Shown: positions 20,450 through 30,276, counted from the stretch's first letter. The stretch is 64,000 nucleotides of DNA from Pseudothermotoga sp. (GCA_031962025.1 JAVRKW010000001.1), one strand, 5' to 3'. Notes: generated by a model from the letters alone, not told the origin. Program-made: numbers and translations.

Positions 20450-21641
20450 AGAAGCGTTCAGATCCATTGCGGCAAACAAGCTCAGGACTGCCTTGTCGAT
20501 GATAGGCATAATCATAGGTGTTGCAGCCGTAATAGCAGTTGTTTCCGTGGCGGAAGGAACCAGTCGGAGTATAAAGCAAAATCTCTCAGCCATCGGTTCA
20601 AATCTGATCATGATTTCACCGGGGTTCACTGGAGGTAGGGGAGGTCGCGTATCAACAAGTCTTTCTGATCTGCTGACAAAAGACGACGCTCAAAAAATCC
20701 AGCAGTTTTGTACGTCAGTTTTGTACGTTACACCTGTTCAGCAGGGTAATTTCATTGTCCAATATGAACGACAGAACACCTTTTCCACTATTCTGGCAGT
20801 CTATCCGCAGATCTTCAACATGATGAATTTAAACCTGCAGGAGGGCGAGTATTTCACTCAGGAAGATGAAAACGGCAGAAGACGGGTAGCAGTGATTGGT
20901 AAAGAGATAGCCGATACGCTTTTCCCTGATGGCGACGCAGTCGGAAAGACTATAAAAATATCAAGTCAATCGATCCGACAGAATTATAAGATAATCGGCG
21001 TTCTTGAAAAAAGTGGAACGTTACTTTTCTTGAACCCAGATAGATCAATCTTAGTTCCATTCTCTTCGGCAGAAAATCGTCTTTTTAAGAGAAGTTATGT
21101 TTCTTCTATAATTGCTCAGGCTCAATCAGAAGAGGTTGCGGCTGAGGCTGTTTCCCAGATTGACTCTGTTCTGTACTCGCGATTCCAGGATTCAGAGAAA
21201 TACAGGATAATCAGCCAGGAAGCGATGTTACAAACAATCAATCAAACGATGGCGCTTTTGAGTTTCATGCTCGGCAGTATTGCGGGAATTTCTCTGTTAG
21301 TTGGTGGAATAGGAATAATGAACATAATGCTTGTCACAGTGGCAGAGAGAACCAGGGAGATTGGTGTTAGAAAAGCAGTTGGTGCAAATAGAACACATAT
21401 CCTCACGCAGTTTTTGCTTGAATCGATCATTCTGACGCTGGTTGCTGGAATCATCGGAGTCGGTGTGGGTATACTTCTTTCCAGAGCAATAGCTCTTATA
21501 GGTTCCATTCAAACTGCTGTCACACCTGTTGTGATACTGATAGCCGTTTCTGTTTCGGTAGCTGTTGGCGTGTTCTTTGGAGTCTTTCCGGCAATGAAAG
21601 CATCAAAACTCAATCCTGTCGAAGCGCTGAGGTATGAATGA
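20433..21641 (+). CDS. ABC transporter permease (MacB/FtsX-like)
   Basis: LSMIGIIIGVAAV, GGIGIMNIMLVTVAERTREIGVRKAVGA, PVEALRYE. Confidence 0.95.
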   Translation: MLEMLKEAFRSIAANKLRTALSMIGIIIGVAAVIAVVSVAEGTSRSIKQNLSAIGSNLIMISPGFTGGRGGRVSTSLSDLLTKDDAQKIQQFCTSVLYVTPVQQGNFIVQYERQNTFSTILAVYPQIFNMMNLNLQEGEYFTQEDENGRRRVAVIGKEIADTLFPDGDAVGKTIKISSQSIRQNYKIIGVLEKSGTLLFLNPDRSILVPFSSAENRLFKRSYVSSIIAQAQSEEVAAEAVSQIDSVLYSRFQDSEKYRIISQEAMLQTINQTMALLSFMLGSIAGISLLVGGIGIMNIMLVTVAERTREIGVRKAVGANRTHILTQFLLESIILTLVAGIIGVGVGILLSRAIALIGSIQTAVTPVVILIAVSVSVAVGVFFGVFPAMKASKLNPVEALRYE

Positions 21642-21644
21642 TCC

Positions 21645-21998
21645 TGGTGGAGGCGGGGGGAATCGAACCCCCGTCCGAGAATGAGTACCCCCAGGCGTCT
21701 CCGAGTGCAGCCTGTGTTTTCAATTCAGTTCACAATACCCACAGGCAGGTCTTGTGAACTATAGCCTTCCTTGGTTTCCCACCAAAGAACGGAAGGCAGA
21801 TTCTTTGGGGATAGACTGGTTATATCACGCCCCTGTCCGAGCACCAGTCAAACTCGGCAGGAACGGCTGCTTATCTATTAAGCAGCAAGTGCAAGTTCGT
21901 TGTTGGCACTTCTTTTTTATTCCACCTTATTTACGAGGAGGTGGAGACCTCGACTCGCTTCCTGGGGGATCCCAAACCCGTCGAAACCGTTCGCCCCC
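21645..21998 (-). ncRNA. ssrA: tmRNA; tag peptide (A)ANNELALAA
   Basis: 5' GGGGGCG...TTCGAC, 3' GGTTCGATTCCCCCCGCCTCCACCA with G:U Ala identity pair; tag frame 21907-21878 GCC AAC AAC GAA CTT GCA CTT GCT GCT TAA. Confidence 0.96.
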
Positions 21999-22007
21999 TG
22001 TTTATAA

Positions 22008-22036
22008 ATATTAACACGAAAAATGCCGTCGTGCAA
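22008..22036 (-). promoter_or_regulatory. Probable ssrA promoter
   Basis: TTGCAC-17 bp-TAATAT with TG extension, about 10 nt upstream of the mature 5' end. Confidence 0.55.
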
Positions 22037-22047
22037 GTTCAAAAAAA

Positions 22048-23568
22048 TCAAAATCCAAGTTCTGAAAGCCTTCTTTTCACAACATTCAAAAATGCCTTGT
22101 AAAGATCCGGATGGAATTTTGTTCCAAGCATTTCTTTTTCTATAATCCTCAGTGCTTCGTCAAGGCTTAGAGCAGGTCTGTACGGTCTTTCTTCAATTAA
22201 TGCCGTGAAAACATCAACCATAGAGACTATTTGAGCTCGTATACTTATCTGGTCGCCAGTCAGTCCATCTGGATAACCTGAGCCATCTATATTCTCATGA
22301 TGGTGTCTTACGATATCTGCTACTAAATCCCATCCAGATATGTTCTTGACGATCTTTTCACCGTATATCGGATGTTTTTTCATTATTTCAAACTCATCGA
22401 AGGTGAGCCTGCCGGGTTTGTTCAGTATGTGTTCAGGTATCCCTATTTTCCCCACATCATGCAGCAGGGCACCAAACTTTATTGCTTCCAGATCTGCGGG
22501 ATCTGTTATACCCAGCTCTTTTGCCAAATCAAGTGCGAGGCTGACCACTCTGCCGGAGTGACCAAATGTGCTCGCATCTTTTATTTCAATAGCTTCAGCG
22601 AGAGTGGATATTATCTGGGTGTTTCTTTCTTGAAGGGTTCTTTGCATTTCTTCAAGTTCATTGACTGTGTCCTGCAGGCTGTTCATCATTGCGTGCATTT
22701 CAACCTGTGAAGCCTTCTGTATCTCAAGAAGTTTTGCGATAGATTCCTGTAATTCGTTCAAATCATCAATACGGGTTTTCACGGGCACGTAATTCACTTC
22801 TTTGTTTTTCTGGATTTCTACGGCGCTTTTATTTATGTTGTCCACTACCATAGCAGTAGCACCTATGAGTTTGGTTTCGAACCTTGAAAAGAAGATCATC
22901 CATATAATCGTACCCATCAGCGCTACCAGTGAAATGATCATATATGGTGTCAAAACAACAAGATAACTTTTAAAAGGTATAAAAACGGCTGCCTTTGCGT
23001 TTATAATGGGAAGATCTTCCAGATATAGATATCCAGAAAGACCGTTCAATCTGACAAATCTATTTTTGATACCAACGTTAACACCTGCCATTTCCATCTG
23101 GGTTGACAGAACGATTTCACCCTGTTCTGTAACTAAAAGCACGCTTGCAAGTTCACTTGTCAGAAAGCTGCTAAAGAAACTCTGCGGTATCTCGATGAAC
23201 AACAAACCATTGTGGCTTTCGAGTAGAAGTTTGGCGCTGTTTCCAGAAAGAAATAAGCCTTTGGAGTCTGGTACAAGCCAGGGTAATTTTTTGTAAGTCA
23301 GTACACGTGAGAGATCAACACCGGTTTGTAAATCTACAAGATCAGGGCTCAGGGTTCTTGTCAGAATATCAACCTGCTGCTTTCCCTTGAGTACATTATT
23401 GATTATGTTCTCCAACAAACGTTTTTCAGCCTGCAAATAAGTTTGAGAGTAGTACCTGTGAACGTTTCCGGAAATTATCACAAAACCAACTACAAAAACA
23501 AAAACCAGAATTAGAATCAAAAAAAGCCCATATCTTGACAACCTGCGAGCTACAACCGCAAGCTTCAT
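22048..23568 (-). CDS. Membrane-bound HD-GYP cyclic dinucleotide phosphodiesterase
   Basis: Two TM helices flanking an extracytoplasmic domain, coiled coil, LLHDVGKIG, HHENIDGSGYPDG, RPYRPA. Confidence 0.92.
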   Translation of the reverse strand: MKLAVVARRLSRYGLFLILILVFVFVVGFVIISGNVHRYYSQTYLQAEKRLLENIINNVLKGKQQVDILTRTLSPDLVDLQTGVDLSRVLTYKKLPWLVPDSKGLFLSGNSAKLLLESHNGLLFIEIPQSFFSSFLTSELASVLLVTEQGEIVLSTQMEMAGVNVGIKNRFVRLNGLSGYLYLEDLPIINAKAAVFIPFKSYLVVLTPYMIISLVALMGTIIWMIFFSRFETKLIGATAMVVDNINKSAVEIQKNKEVNYVPVKTRIDDLNELQESIAKLLEIQKASQVEMHAMMNSLQDTVNELEEMQRTLQERNTQIISTLAEAIEIKDASTFGHSGRVVSLALDLAKELGITDPADLEAIKFGALLHDVGKIGIPEHILNKPGRLTFDEFEIMKKHPIYGEKIVKNISGWDLVADIVRHHHENIDGSGYPDGLTGDQISIRAQIVSMVDVFTALIEERPYRPALSLDEALRIIEKEMLGTKFHPDLYKAFLNVVKRRLSELGF

Positions 23569-24567
23569 TTCTTCACCTCTTCAACAAATTGTCCATTTTT
23601 TACCGTCACGAAATTCGTTGATCTTGAAACGGATAAATCTGGTTTAACCGTAAAACTCCCTGTTGCCCCATTGAATGTCTTATTTTGAAGATAATTGTAC
23701 GCTTCATTTGTCTTTATCTTTGATTTGATCAAAGACCATATAACCATAAGAGTATCATAACTACCTGCCTGTTGAAGATCCATAAAACCCGATTTCATCA
23801 TCTGGGAAAAGTCGAAAAGGCTGTATATTGTATATCATCATTCCCTCAACCGCCAGACCACCTGTTGAAAGCAGAGCATCTGTGTAAGCATAATCAGAAC
23901 CATAAATAATCCCTTTGAATCCTTTGTTCATAGCCAATTGAGCCACCAGACCAGCTACTCTTCCATCTAAAACCAGTACTATAGAGTCGTAATTTGAAAA
24001 ATCAAAATCCAGCATTTCATCCACAGAATCTATGTACAAACAATGTAGGGGCGTCGATGAATACTGAACCATTATTTTAAAAAGATTTTCACTGTAAACG
24101 ATGTTGTTTTTGTCCAGTATCACGATGGTGTTTTTTCTCGAATCGCTGTTCAGTTGGTCAACTAATCCTTTTGCCTGTATGTCATCTGTAACGCTCAGAG
24201 TCATAAAGTACCTGCTCTTTCCAACGACCTGTGGAGAAGTTACTAAGGGTGCTATTGCAAAGATCTGGTACTTATCAAGATATGGCAATAGAGCCATAGC
24301 TTCAGTGCTGATCCTTGGACCTACGGCGTAGCAGTTGGAATATTTTCGCATACTTTTTTCAATTTCATCGATTTGCTGGTCTACTCTAATTGTTATGAGT
24401 TCTACTTTCAGGTTATTTTCCCTGATGTATCTTTCAATGCCGCTGCGAAAATTGGTCTGACCATCTTCAAAGATTGTAATCTTTGGGTTTGGTTGTTTTG
24501 AGTACAGAACCAAAACCAAAAGCCCTGCGATTGCGATCAACACTATGATTAAGATGAACTGTCTCAC
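23565..24567 (-). pseudogene. Type-1 periplasmic binding protein (LivK-like), frameshifted
   Basis: Two ORFs (24567-23761; 23801-23565) join into one 331-aa frame if one copy of the 7-bp tandem TGTATAT (23822-23835) is removed; C-terminal part has YD...FNGATGSFT typical of the family. Confidence 0.85.
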
Positions 24568-25427
24568 TCAACAACCTCCAGACCAAAACCGGCGGTCCCT
24601 GGTCCCACATGTGTTGTAATGACCTTTCCCATCTCTGTGAAAGATGCATCCAGAACATTATAGTGTTTTTTCAACATTTCGAGCATGATTTTTGTACTTT
24701 CTCTTTCATCGGCATCGACCATGATCACTCTGATCTTCGAACCCTCTGGTACTAAACTCAGGCTTTTCTTAATCAGCATTTCCTGAGCTCTTTTGGTGCC
24801 TCTTGCTTTCTCAAAAGGAACGAGTCTTCCCTCAGGATCAATCCACACACCGACGTGTATGTTGAGTAAAGAGCCGAAGAACCCCTGCATCCTTGAAACC
24901 CTTCCACCTTTTACCAGAAAATCGAAATTCGACACGTAAAAGATCGCTTTGTATTTAGTCTGCTCAACATCTTTTATGAGTGTTTCGTAAATCTGTTTTG
25001 TGCTCAGTCCTTTTGCCTCAAGTTCCCTCGCACGCCGTGCAAGCAGTGGCATCGCTGCGGACGCAAGTCTGCTGTCAATCACATAGACGGGAATCCTGAC
25101 CTCTTTCGATGCCGCAAGCGCCGAGTCATAAGTACCAGACAATTTTGTTGATATACAGATGGCCAGGATTTCTTCGTATCCCTCTTTTTGCAGTTTCTCA
25201 TATAACGAAACAAATTCACCAACCGAAGGTTGAGAGCTCTTGGGTAAAGCTGAAGCCTTGGAGATTCTATTGTAGAAATCTCTTATCTTTTCTATATCTC
25301 TTACATCGTCTTCCTGAGTACCATCGGGCCAGGTAATGTGAAGCGGTATAACTGACAGATCGTATTTGTCTACCCATTCCTCAGAAACGTCCGATGTGCT
25401 GTCTAAAACTATTTTCAGTTTGCTCAT
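24564..25427 (-). CDS. DegV family fatty-acid-binding protein
   Basis: DSTSD, SSQPS, LSGTY, LVKGGRVS, THVGPG. Confidence 0.95.
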   Translation of the reverse strand: MSKLKIVLDSTSDVSEEWVDKYDLSVIPLHITWPDGTQEDDVRDIEKIRDFYNRISKASALPKSSQPSVGEFVSLYEKLQKEGYEEILAICISTKLSGTYDSALAASKEVRIPVYVIDSRLASAAMPLLARRARELEAKGLSTKQIYETLIKDVEQTKYKAIFYVSNFDFLVKGGRVSRMQGFFGSLLNIHVGVWIDPEGRLVPFEKARGTKRAQEMLIKKSLSLVPEGSKIRVIMVDADERESTKIMLEMLKKHYNVLDASFTEMGKVITTHVGPGTAGFGLEVVE

Positions 25428-25440
25428 CAAAACACCTCCT

Positions 25441-25584
25441 TCACGTCTTGAATTTTTCAATGTGTGTCTGAAGTTCATTAATAGATTTTAGCAGATCATC
25501 AACGATTTCTGTCAGTTTGACAATTTTTTCAGATCGCTCTTCGACAGACTTCGACAAGCCTGATAAATCTTGGCTTGCTTCATC
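25441..25584 (-). pseudogene. Start-less C-terminal remnant resembling a methyl-accepting chemotaxis protein tail
   Basis: DEASQDLSGLSKSVEERSEKIVKLTEIVDDLLKSINELQTHIEKFKT*: heptad coiled coil ending FKx*; preceded by an in-frame TGA. Confidence 0.6.
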
Positions 25585-25593
25585 TCATGAAAT

Positions 25594-26322
25594 TTATCGT
25601 CCTGTGGTGATACCAAGGTAGGCTTTTCTCACATTGTCGTTCCCCAATAGATTTTGTCCGGTATCTTCAAGGACAATGCGCCCTGTTTCCAGTACATAGC
25701 CGTAGTCAGCAATCTTCAAAGCTGCAAAAGCATTCTGTTCGACAAGAAGTATTGTCACTCCTTCTTGGCGTATTTTCTGAATTATTTCGAAAACTTCTTT
25801 CACAAGCAAAGGTGCAAGACCAAGTGATGGTTCATCGAGCATGAGTAACTTCGGTCTGGTCATCAATCCACGAGCAACGGCGAGCATCTGTTGCTCACCA
25901 CCGGAAAGCGTTCCACCTAATTGTTTCAACCTTTCCTTGAGCCTTGGAAAAAGTGTCAGAACCCATTCCAGGTCGCGTTTTATGCCATCTTGATCTGTTC
26001 TTGCGTATGCACCCATCATCAGATTTTCATAAACTGTGAGATTCGGAAAGATCCTCCTACCCTCTGGAACAAGGGCAATCCCGCTGTTTACGATCATATG
26101 TGTTGGTAAATGCGTAATGTCGCTTTTATTGAAAAAAACCTTTCCCTCTCTCTTATTCACCAGATTCGTAATCGCCCCAAGTGTAGTTGTCTTGCCTGCA
26201 CCGTTGGCACCAATCAACGTGACAATTTGACCTTTTTGAACCTTCATAGAGATACCTTTGAGCGCGTGAATGTTCCCATAATAAACATGCAGATTTTCTA
26301 TTCTCAAGACTTCTTCATTCAC
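25594..26322 (-). CDS. livF: Branched-chain amino acid ABC transporter ATPase
   Basis: GANGAGKTT, VPEGRRIF, LSGGEQQM, LDEPSLGLAP, VRKAYLG. Confidence 0.95.
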   Translation of the reverse strand: MNEEVLRIENLHVYYGNIHALKGISMKVQKGQIVTLIGANGAGKTTTLGAITNLVNKREGKVFFNKSDITHLPTHMIVNSGIALVPEGRRIFPNLTVYENLMMGAYARTDQDGIKRDLEWVLTLFPRLKERLKQLGGTLSGGEQQMLAVARGLMTRPKLLMLDEPSLGLAPLLVKEVFEIIQKIRQEGVTILLVEQNAFAALKIADYGYVLETGRIVLEDTGQNLLGNDNVRKAYLGITTGR

Positions 26323-27098
26323 GACAACACCTCCTCGCCGAGGTAGGCTTTGATCACTACAGGATCGGACTGAATCTGCTGCGGACTTCCCTGGGCAATG
26401 AGCTTTCCATAGTCCATAACATAGATTCGTTCACAGATACCCATTATTACTTTCATATCGTGTTCAATGATCATTATCGTCAGAGAAAAATCATTTCTCA
26501 CCTTTTTGATGAATTCCATCAGTTCATAGGTTTCCTGAGGATTCATACCGGCAGCAGGTTCGTCGAGTAATAGCAGTTTCGGGTTAGTGGCGAGTGCTCG
26601 TGCTATTTCAAGTTTTCTCTGCAAACCATAGGGTAGTGAACTGGCTTTATCGTTGGCAAAACTCTCCAGCCCAACTCTGTTAAGCAGTTTAAAAGCCTCG
26701 CTGTACATCTGTTTTTCCATGCGAATGCTCCCCGGCGTTTTAGCCACGCATTTGAAAAACCACAGCCAGCTTCTGAGCTTCAGGTGCTGTGGAACCATTA
26801 CATTTTCCAGAACAGTCATATCTGAAAACAATCTGATATTCTGAAAGGTTCTTGCTATACCATATCGTGTTATCTCATGTGGTTTGTGACCTGATATATC
26901 CCTGCCAAAAAAGAAGATCCTGCCTTCATCTGGAGCGTACATTCCTGTTATAACATTGAAAAGAGTTGTCTTGCCAGCTCCATTTGGACCTATCAATCCA
27001 ACCAATTCGCCCTGCTTTATATAACCGTTAAACTGATCGACAGCTACAAGACCTCCAAAGCGTTTTGTTACGTTGTCTATCAAAAGCACTTCATTCAT
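26319..27098 (-). CDS. livG: Branched-chain amino acid ABC transporter ATPase
   Basis: FGGLVAV, GPNGAGKTT, RTFQNIRLF, LPYG, LDEPAAG, IEHDM. Confidence 0.95.
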   Translation of the reverse strand: MNEVLLIDNVTKRFGGLVAVDQFNGYIKQGELVGLIGPNGAGKTTLFNVITGMYAPDEGRIFFFGRDISGHKPHEITRYGIARTFQNIRLFSDMTVLENVMVPQHLKLRSWLWFFKCVAKTPGSIRMEKQMYSEAFKLLNRVGLESFANDKASSLPYGLQRKLEIARALATNPKLLLLDEPAAGMNPQETYELMEFIKKVRNDFSLTIMIIEHDMKVIMGICERIYVMDYGKLIAQGSPQQIQSDPVVIKAYLGEEVLS

Positions 27099-28140
27099 TT
27101 TTCACACCTCTTTTTTTCAAACGCGTTATCAACGAGTAGAGTGAGTCCCACGACAGTTCATTTCTACCCATTATCCCGCGCTGCCAAAAGAGCATCAGTA
27201 AAATCAATAAAACAGACAAAACCACCATTCTCATGCCGGGAATACCAGGGAAGGTGATGGAAGCAATCTTGAATGGACTTTCGAGAAATCTCAGAAACTC
27301 AAGTCCAACTGTGTAAATTGAAGCTCCTATGATTGCCCCGCTGATACTGCCAAGCCCACCGAGCACAGCCATGATGAGTATTTCGAATGTTTTAGAGAAG
27401 GCAAATGACTTTGGATCAATTGTGGTGATGAGATGAGCCCACAGCGATCCTCCAACGCCTGCGAAGAAGGAACCAAGCACGAAGCTCACAACCTGATGTG
27501 AAAAAACATTTATTCCCATAGCTTTAGCAGCTATTGGGTCTTCTCTAATGGCTTTCAGAGCCCTCCCGTAGCTACTTTTCACCAGACTAGAAATCACCAG
27601 AACGGTTATGAGCGCCCAGCCCCAGGACCAATAGATATTTGTGTATGGTGGAATTGCCTTCAAACCCAGAGCGCCATTTGTGATAGACCAGGCATTATTT
27701 GCGATAATTCGTATAGTTTCTCCCAATCCAAGTGTGGCAATTGCCAGATAATCGCCTATGAGTCTCAACGATGGTGCCGCAACAACGTAACCAAATCCAG
27801 CAGCGACAAGTCCGGCGATTATCGTGGCTGGCAGAAAAGGAATCTGAATCTGATTCAGTGGGTAGATCAAAGGCTTTATGAGAAAAGTCATCTCTTTTTG
27901 TGCAACAGGCAAAGTCAGCAGTGCCGATACATACGCGCCTATGGCAATGAAACCGGCATGTCCAAGGGAGAAAATGCCAGTTATTCCATTGATGAGAGTC
28001 AGCGAAACCGCAAAAATTATGTTTATCGCCATTAGATTTAAGATCAGTATTACATACTCACTCGCCATTTTGTTTGCGAGAAACAGAAGAAAGCCTATGC
28101 CAGTGATCAAAGAGATTGTGAGAAAAAACTTCACCCTCAT
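27091..28140 (-). CDS. livM: Branched-chain amino acid ABC transporter permease
   Basis: SLGHAGF, LRLIGDYLAIATLG, AIRED, GGLGS. Confidence 0.93.
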   Translation of the reverse strand: MRVKFFLTISLITGIGFLLFLANKMASEYVILILNLMAINIIFAVSLTLINGITGIFSLGHAGFIAIGAYVSALLTLPVAQKEMTFLIKPLIYPLNQIQIPFLPATIIAGLVAAGFGYVVAAPSLRLIGDYLAIATLGLGETIRIIANNAWSITNGALGLKAIPPYTNIYWSWGWALITVLVISSLVKSSYGRALKAIREDPIAAKAMGINVFSHQVVSFVLGSFFAGVGGSLWAHLITTIDPKSFAFSKTFEILIMAVLGGLGSISGAIIGASIYTVGLEFLRFLESPFKIASITFPGIPGMRMVVLSVLLILLMLFWQRGIMGRNELSWDSLYSLITRLKKRGVKNE

Positions 28141-28144
28141 ATTA

Positions 28145-29053
28145 TCACACCTTTTCCGATACTTCCACGCCGAGTATTCCAGTTGGTTTAACAAGCAAAA
28201 CAAACAACAATATCGCATAAGCAAAAGCATCTCTGTAACCAGCCAGGGAAGGCACAAATGCGACGATCATGATTTCACTTATTCCCAGTATGAAACCACC
28301 GACCATTGCCCCCTGAATGCTACCTATACCCCCAACGACTGCCGCTATGAAAGCCTTGAGCCCAGGTATCATACCCGTATAGGGATAAACCTGTGGATAT
28401 TTCATTGCCCAGAGTATTCCACCTACAGCAGCAAGACCGGAACCCAGCATGAACGTAAAACTGATCACTCTATCCGCGTTAACACCCATCAGTTTTGTCA
28501 TAGGAATGTCTTTTGAAATGGCTCTCATCGCCATTCCAACCTTTGTTTTATAAACTATCCACATCAACAGTATCAATGCTAAAACCACAATACCGATTGT
28601 GATGAATGTGAGAACAGGTATTTTGACATCGCCGATGTCTATCATGTTTAAAAACGATGTTGGGTAAATACCAGTTTGAGGATTGAAAGATTTTGCCCTT
28701 CCACCAAATACCACTATTGCAAAATTCTCCAAAAAGAAAGAGACACCGATGGCAGTTATGAGTGCCGATATCCTGGGTGCATTTCTCAAGGGTCTGTACG
28801 CAATTCTTTCAATGAATGCTCCTAAAAATGCCGTTACGAAGATCGAAAAAATAAAAGCCGCCCACCACGGCATGAGAAACAGTATGACTCCATAAAAGGC
28901 AAAGTATATTCCATATGTGAAGATATCACCATGTGCAAAATTGATGAGTCTGAGTATGCCATAGACCATTGTATAACCTATAGCGATCAGAGCATAAATT
29001 CCACCCAAGGAAAACGCATTGACAAGGTGCTGTAAAAACCCGGCAAGGCTCAA
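28145..29053 (-). CDS. livH: Branched-chain amino acid ABC transporter permease
   Basis: YALIAIGYTMVYGILRLINFAHGD, KAFIAAVVGGIGS, KPTGILG. Confidence 0.94.
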   Translation of the reverse strand: MSLAGFLQHLVNAFSLGGIYALIAIGYTMVYGILRLINFAHGDIFTYGIYFAFYGVILFLMPWWAAFIFSIFVTAFLGAFIERIAYRPLRNAPRISALITAIGVSFFLENFAIVVFGGRAKSFNPQTGIYPTSFLNMIDIGDVKIPVLTFITIGIVVLALILLMWIVYKTKVGMAMRAISKDIPMTKLMGVNADRVISFTFMLGSGLAAVGGILWAMKYPQVYPYTGMIPGLKAFIAAVVGGIGSIQGAMVGGFILGISEIMIVAFVPSLAGYRDAFAYAILLFVLLVKPTGILGVEVSEKV

Positions 29054-29076
29054 GAAATCACCCCCACTTTTGTAAA

Positions 29077-29094
29077 AGCCCCCTTTCGGGGGCT
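29077..29094 (-). terminator. Stem-loop between livK and livH
   Basis: Minus strand AGCCCCC-GAAA-GGGGGCT followed by TTT. Confidence 0.65.
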
Positions 29095-29098
29095 ATGT

Positions 29099-30226
29099 TC
29101 ACGGTCTTACAACTGTCATGAGCATGAATTGACCATTCTTCACGGTGTTGATAACAGCAGGTTTTATTGGATCTCCAGATCCTTCCGGGAAAGTAATTGT
29201 TCCGCCAACACCCTGGAAATCCTTCGTCGCTGCGATTGCATCTCTTATTGCGATCGGGTCAATTGACTGAGCTCTTTCGATTGCATCCAGCACGAGATTG
29301 TAAGCATCAAAAGCCAGCGCACCGAATGCATCTGGTCTTCTGTTGTATTCCTTGATATATGCTTCAACAAAAGGCTTTGTCGCCACTGAAAGATCAGCGT
29401 CCTGATGGAAGTAGGTTGTGTAATACAATCCTTCAACAAACTTTCCACCAATCTGTATCAACTCTGGTGCATCTGCACCATCGCCTGCTAAGAAGTTACC
29501 TTTAAAACCCAGCTCGCGGGCTTGCTTGCAGATGAGTGCTATTTCTGAATAATAGCCTGGTAGGAAAATCGTATCCGGATTTTTCGACAGGGCATCTGTC
29601 AGTTGAGCGGTGAAATCTTGATCTCCAGTGTTGTAATATTCATCAAAAAACTTGCCACCAAACTGTTCAAACTTTCTTTTGAAGTAATTGGCAAGACCAA
29701 CCACATAATCCTGTGCTACATCAACCATGATCGCTACTTTCTTTGAACCCAATTGTTCCCAGGCGAATTTTGCAAGCAATTCTCCCTGCATTGGGTCAGT
29801 AAAGCATGTCCTGAAAATGAATCTTCTGTTCTGTGTTACAAGTGGATTTGTAGCGGTGTTTGTGACCATCGCAACCTGTTTTTGCTCGGCTATGGCACCT
29901 GCGGCTAAGGCGCACGAACTGGTACATGGTCCAAGAATCGCAACGACCTTTTCCACATCGATCAGTCTTTTCACGACATTGGCTGCCTCTGCCTTGTCAC
30001 CTTTGTTATCAAGAAGAACTACCCTGACCGGTATGTCTTTGCCTCCAATTCTCACGGTGGGTCTAAGTTTCATCGCAAGTCTCACACCATCCCACGACAT
30101 CTGACCAAATCCCGCAATAGGACCGGTCATTTCCCAGCCAGCTCCGATCTTTACTTCGGTGATCTCAGCTGCAAAAACATAAGCAAAAACCGCTACCATG
30201 GCAACAAACACGTAGACCTTCCGCAT
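29099..30226 (-). CDS. Branched-chain amino acid ABC transporter substrate-binding protein (LivK/LivJ-like)
   Basis: Signal peptide, ATNPLVT, FRTCFTD..QG, DFTAQL, GVGGTITF. Confidence 0.92.
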   Translation of the reverse strand: MRKVYVFVAMVAVFAYVFAAEITEVKIGAGWEMTGPIAGFGQMSWDGVRLAMKLRPTVRIGGKDIPVRVVLLDNKGDKAEAANVVKRLIDVEKVVAILGPCTSSCALAAGAIAEQKQVAMVTNTATNPLVTQNRRFIFRTCFTDPMQGELLAKFAWEQLGSKKVAIMVDVAQDYVVGLANYFKRKFEQFGGKFFDEYYNTGDQDFTAQLTDALSKNPDTIFLPGYYSEIALICKQARELGFKGNFLAGDGADAPELIQIGGKFVEGLYYTTYFHQDADLSVATKPFVEAYIKEYNRRPDAFGALAFDAYNLVLDAIERAQSIDPIAIRDAIAATKDFQGVGGTITFPEGSGDPIKPAVINTVKNGQFMLMTVVRP

Positions 30227-30276
30227 AATCCAGCCCCCTTTTTGAGAAGAGTACCTGAATCCTCAGGTTGGCACAT

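Noticed and set aside
16356..21645. Efflux operon as an island integrated at the ssrA 3' end
   Set aside because: No integrase, no duplicated ssrA 3' fragment seen, and composition resembles the core genome
21754..22014. 86-aa plus-strand ORF
   Set aside because: Antisense shadow of tmRNA
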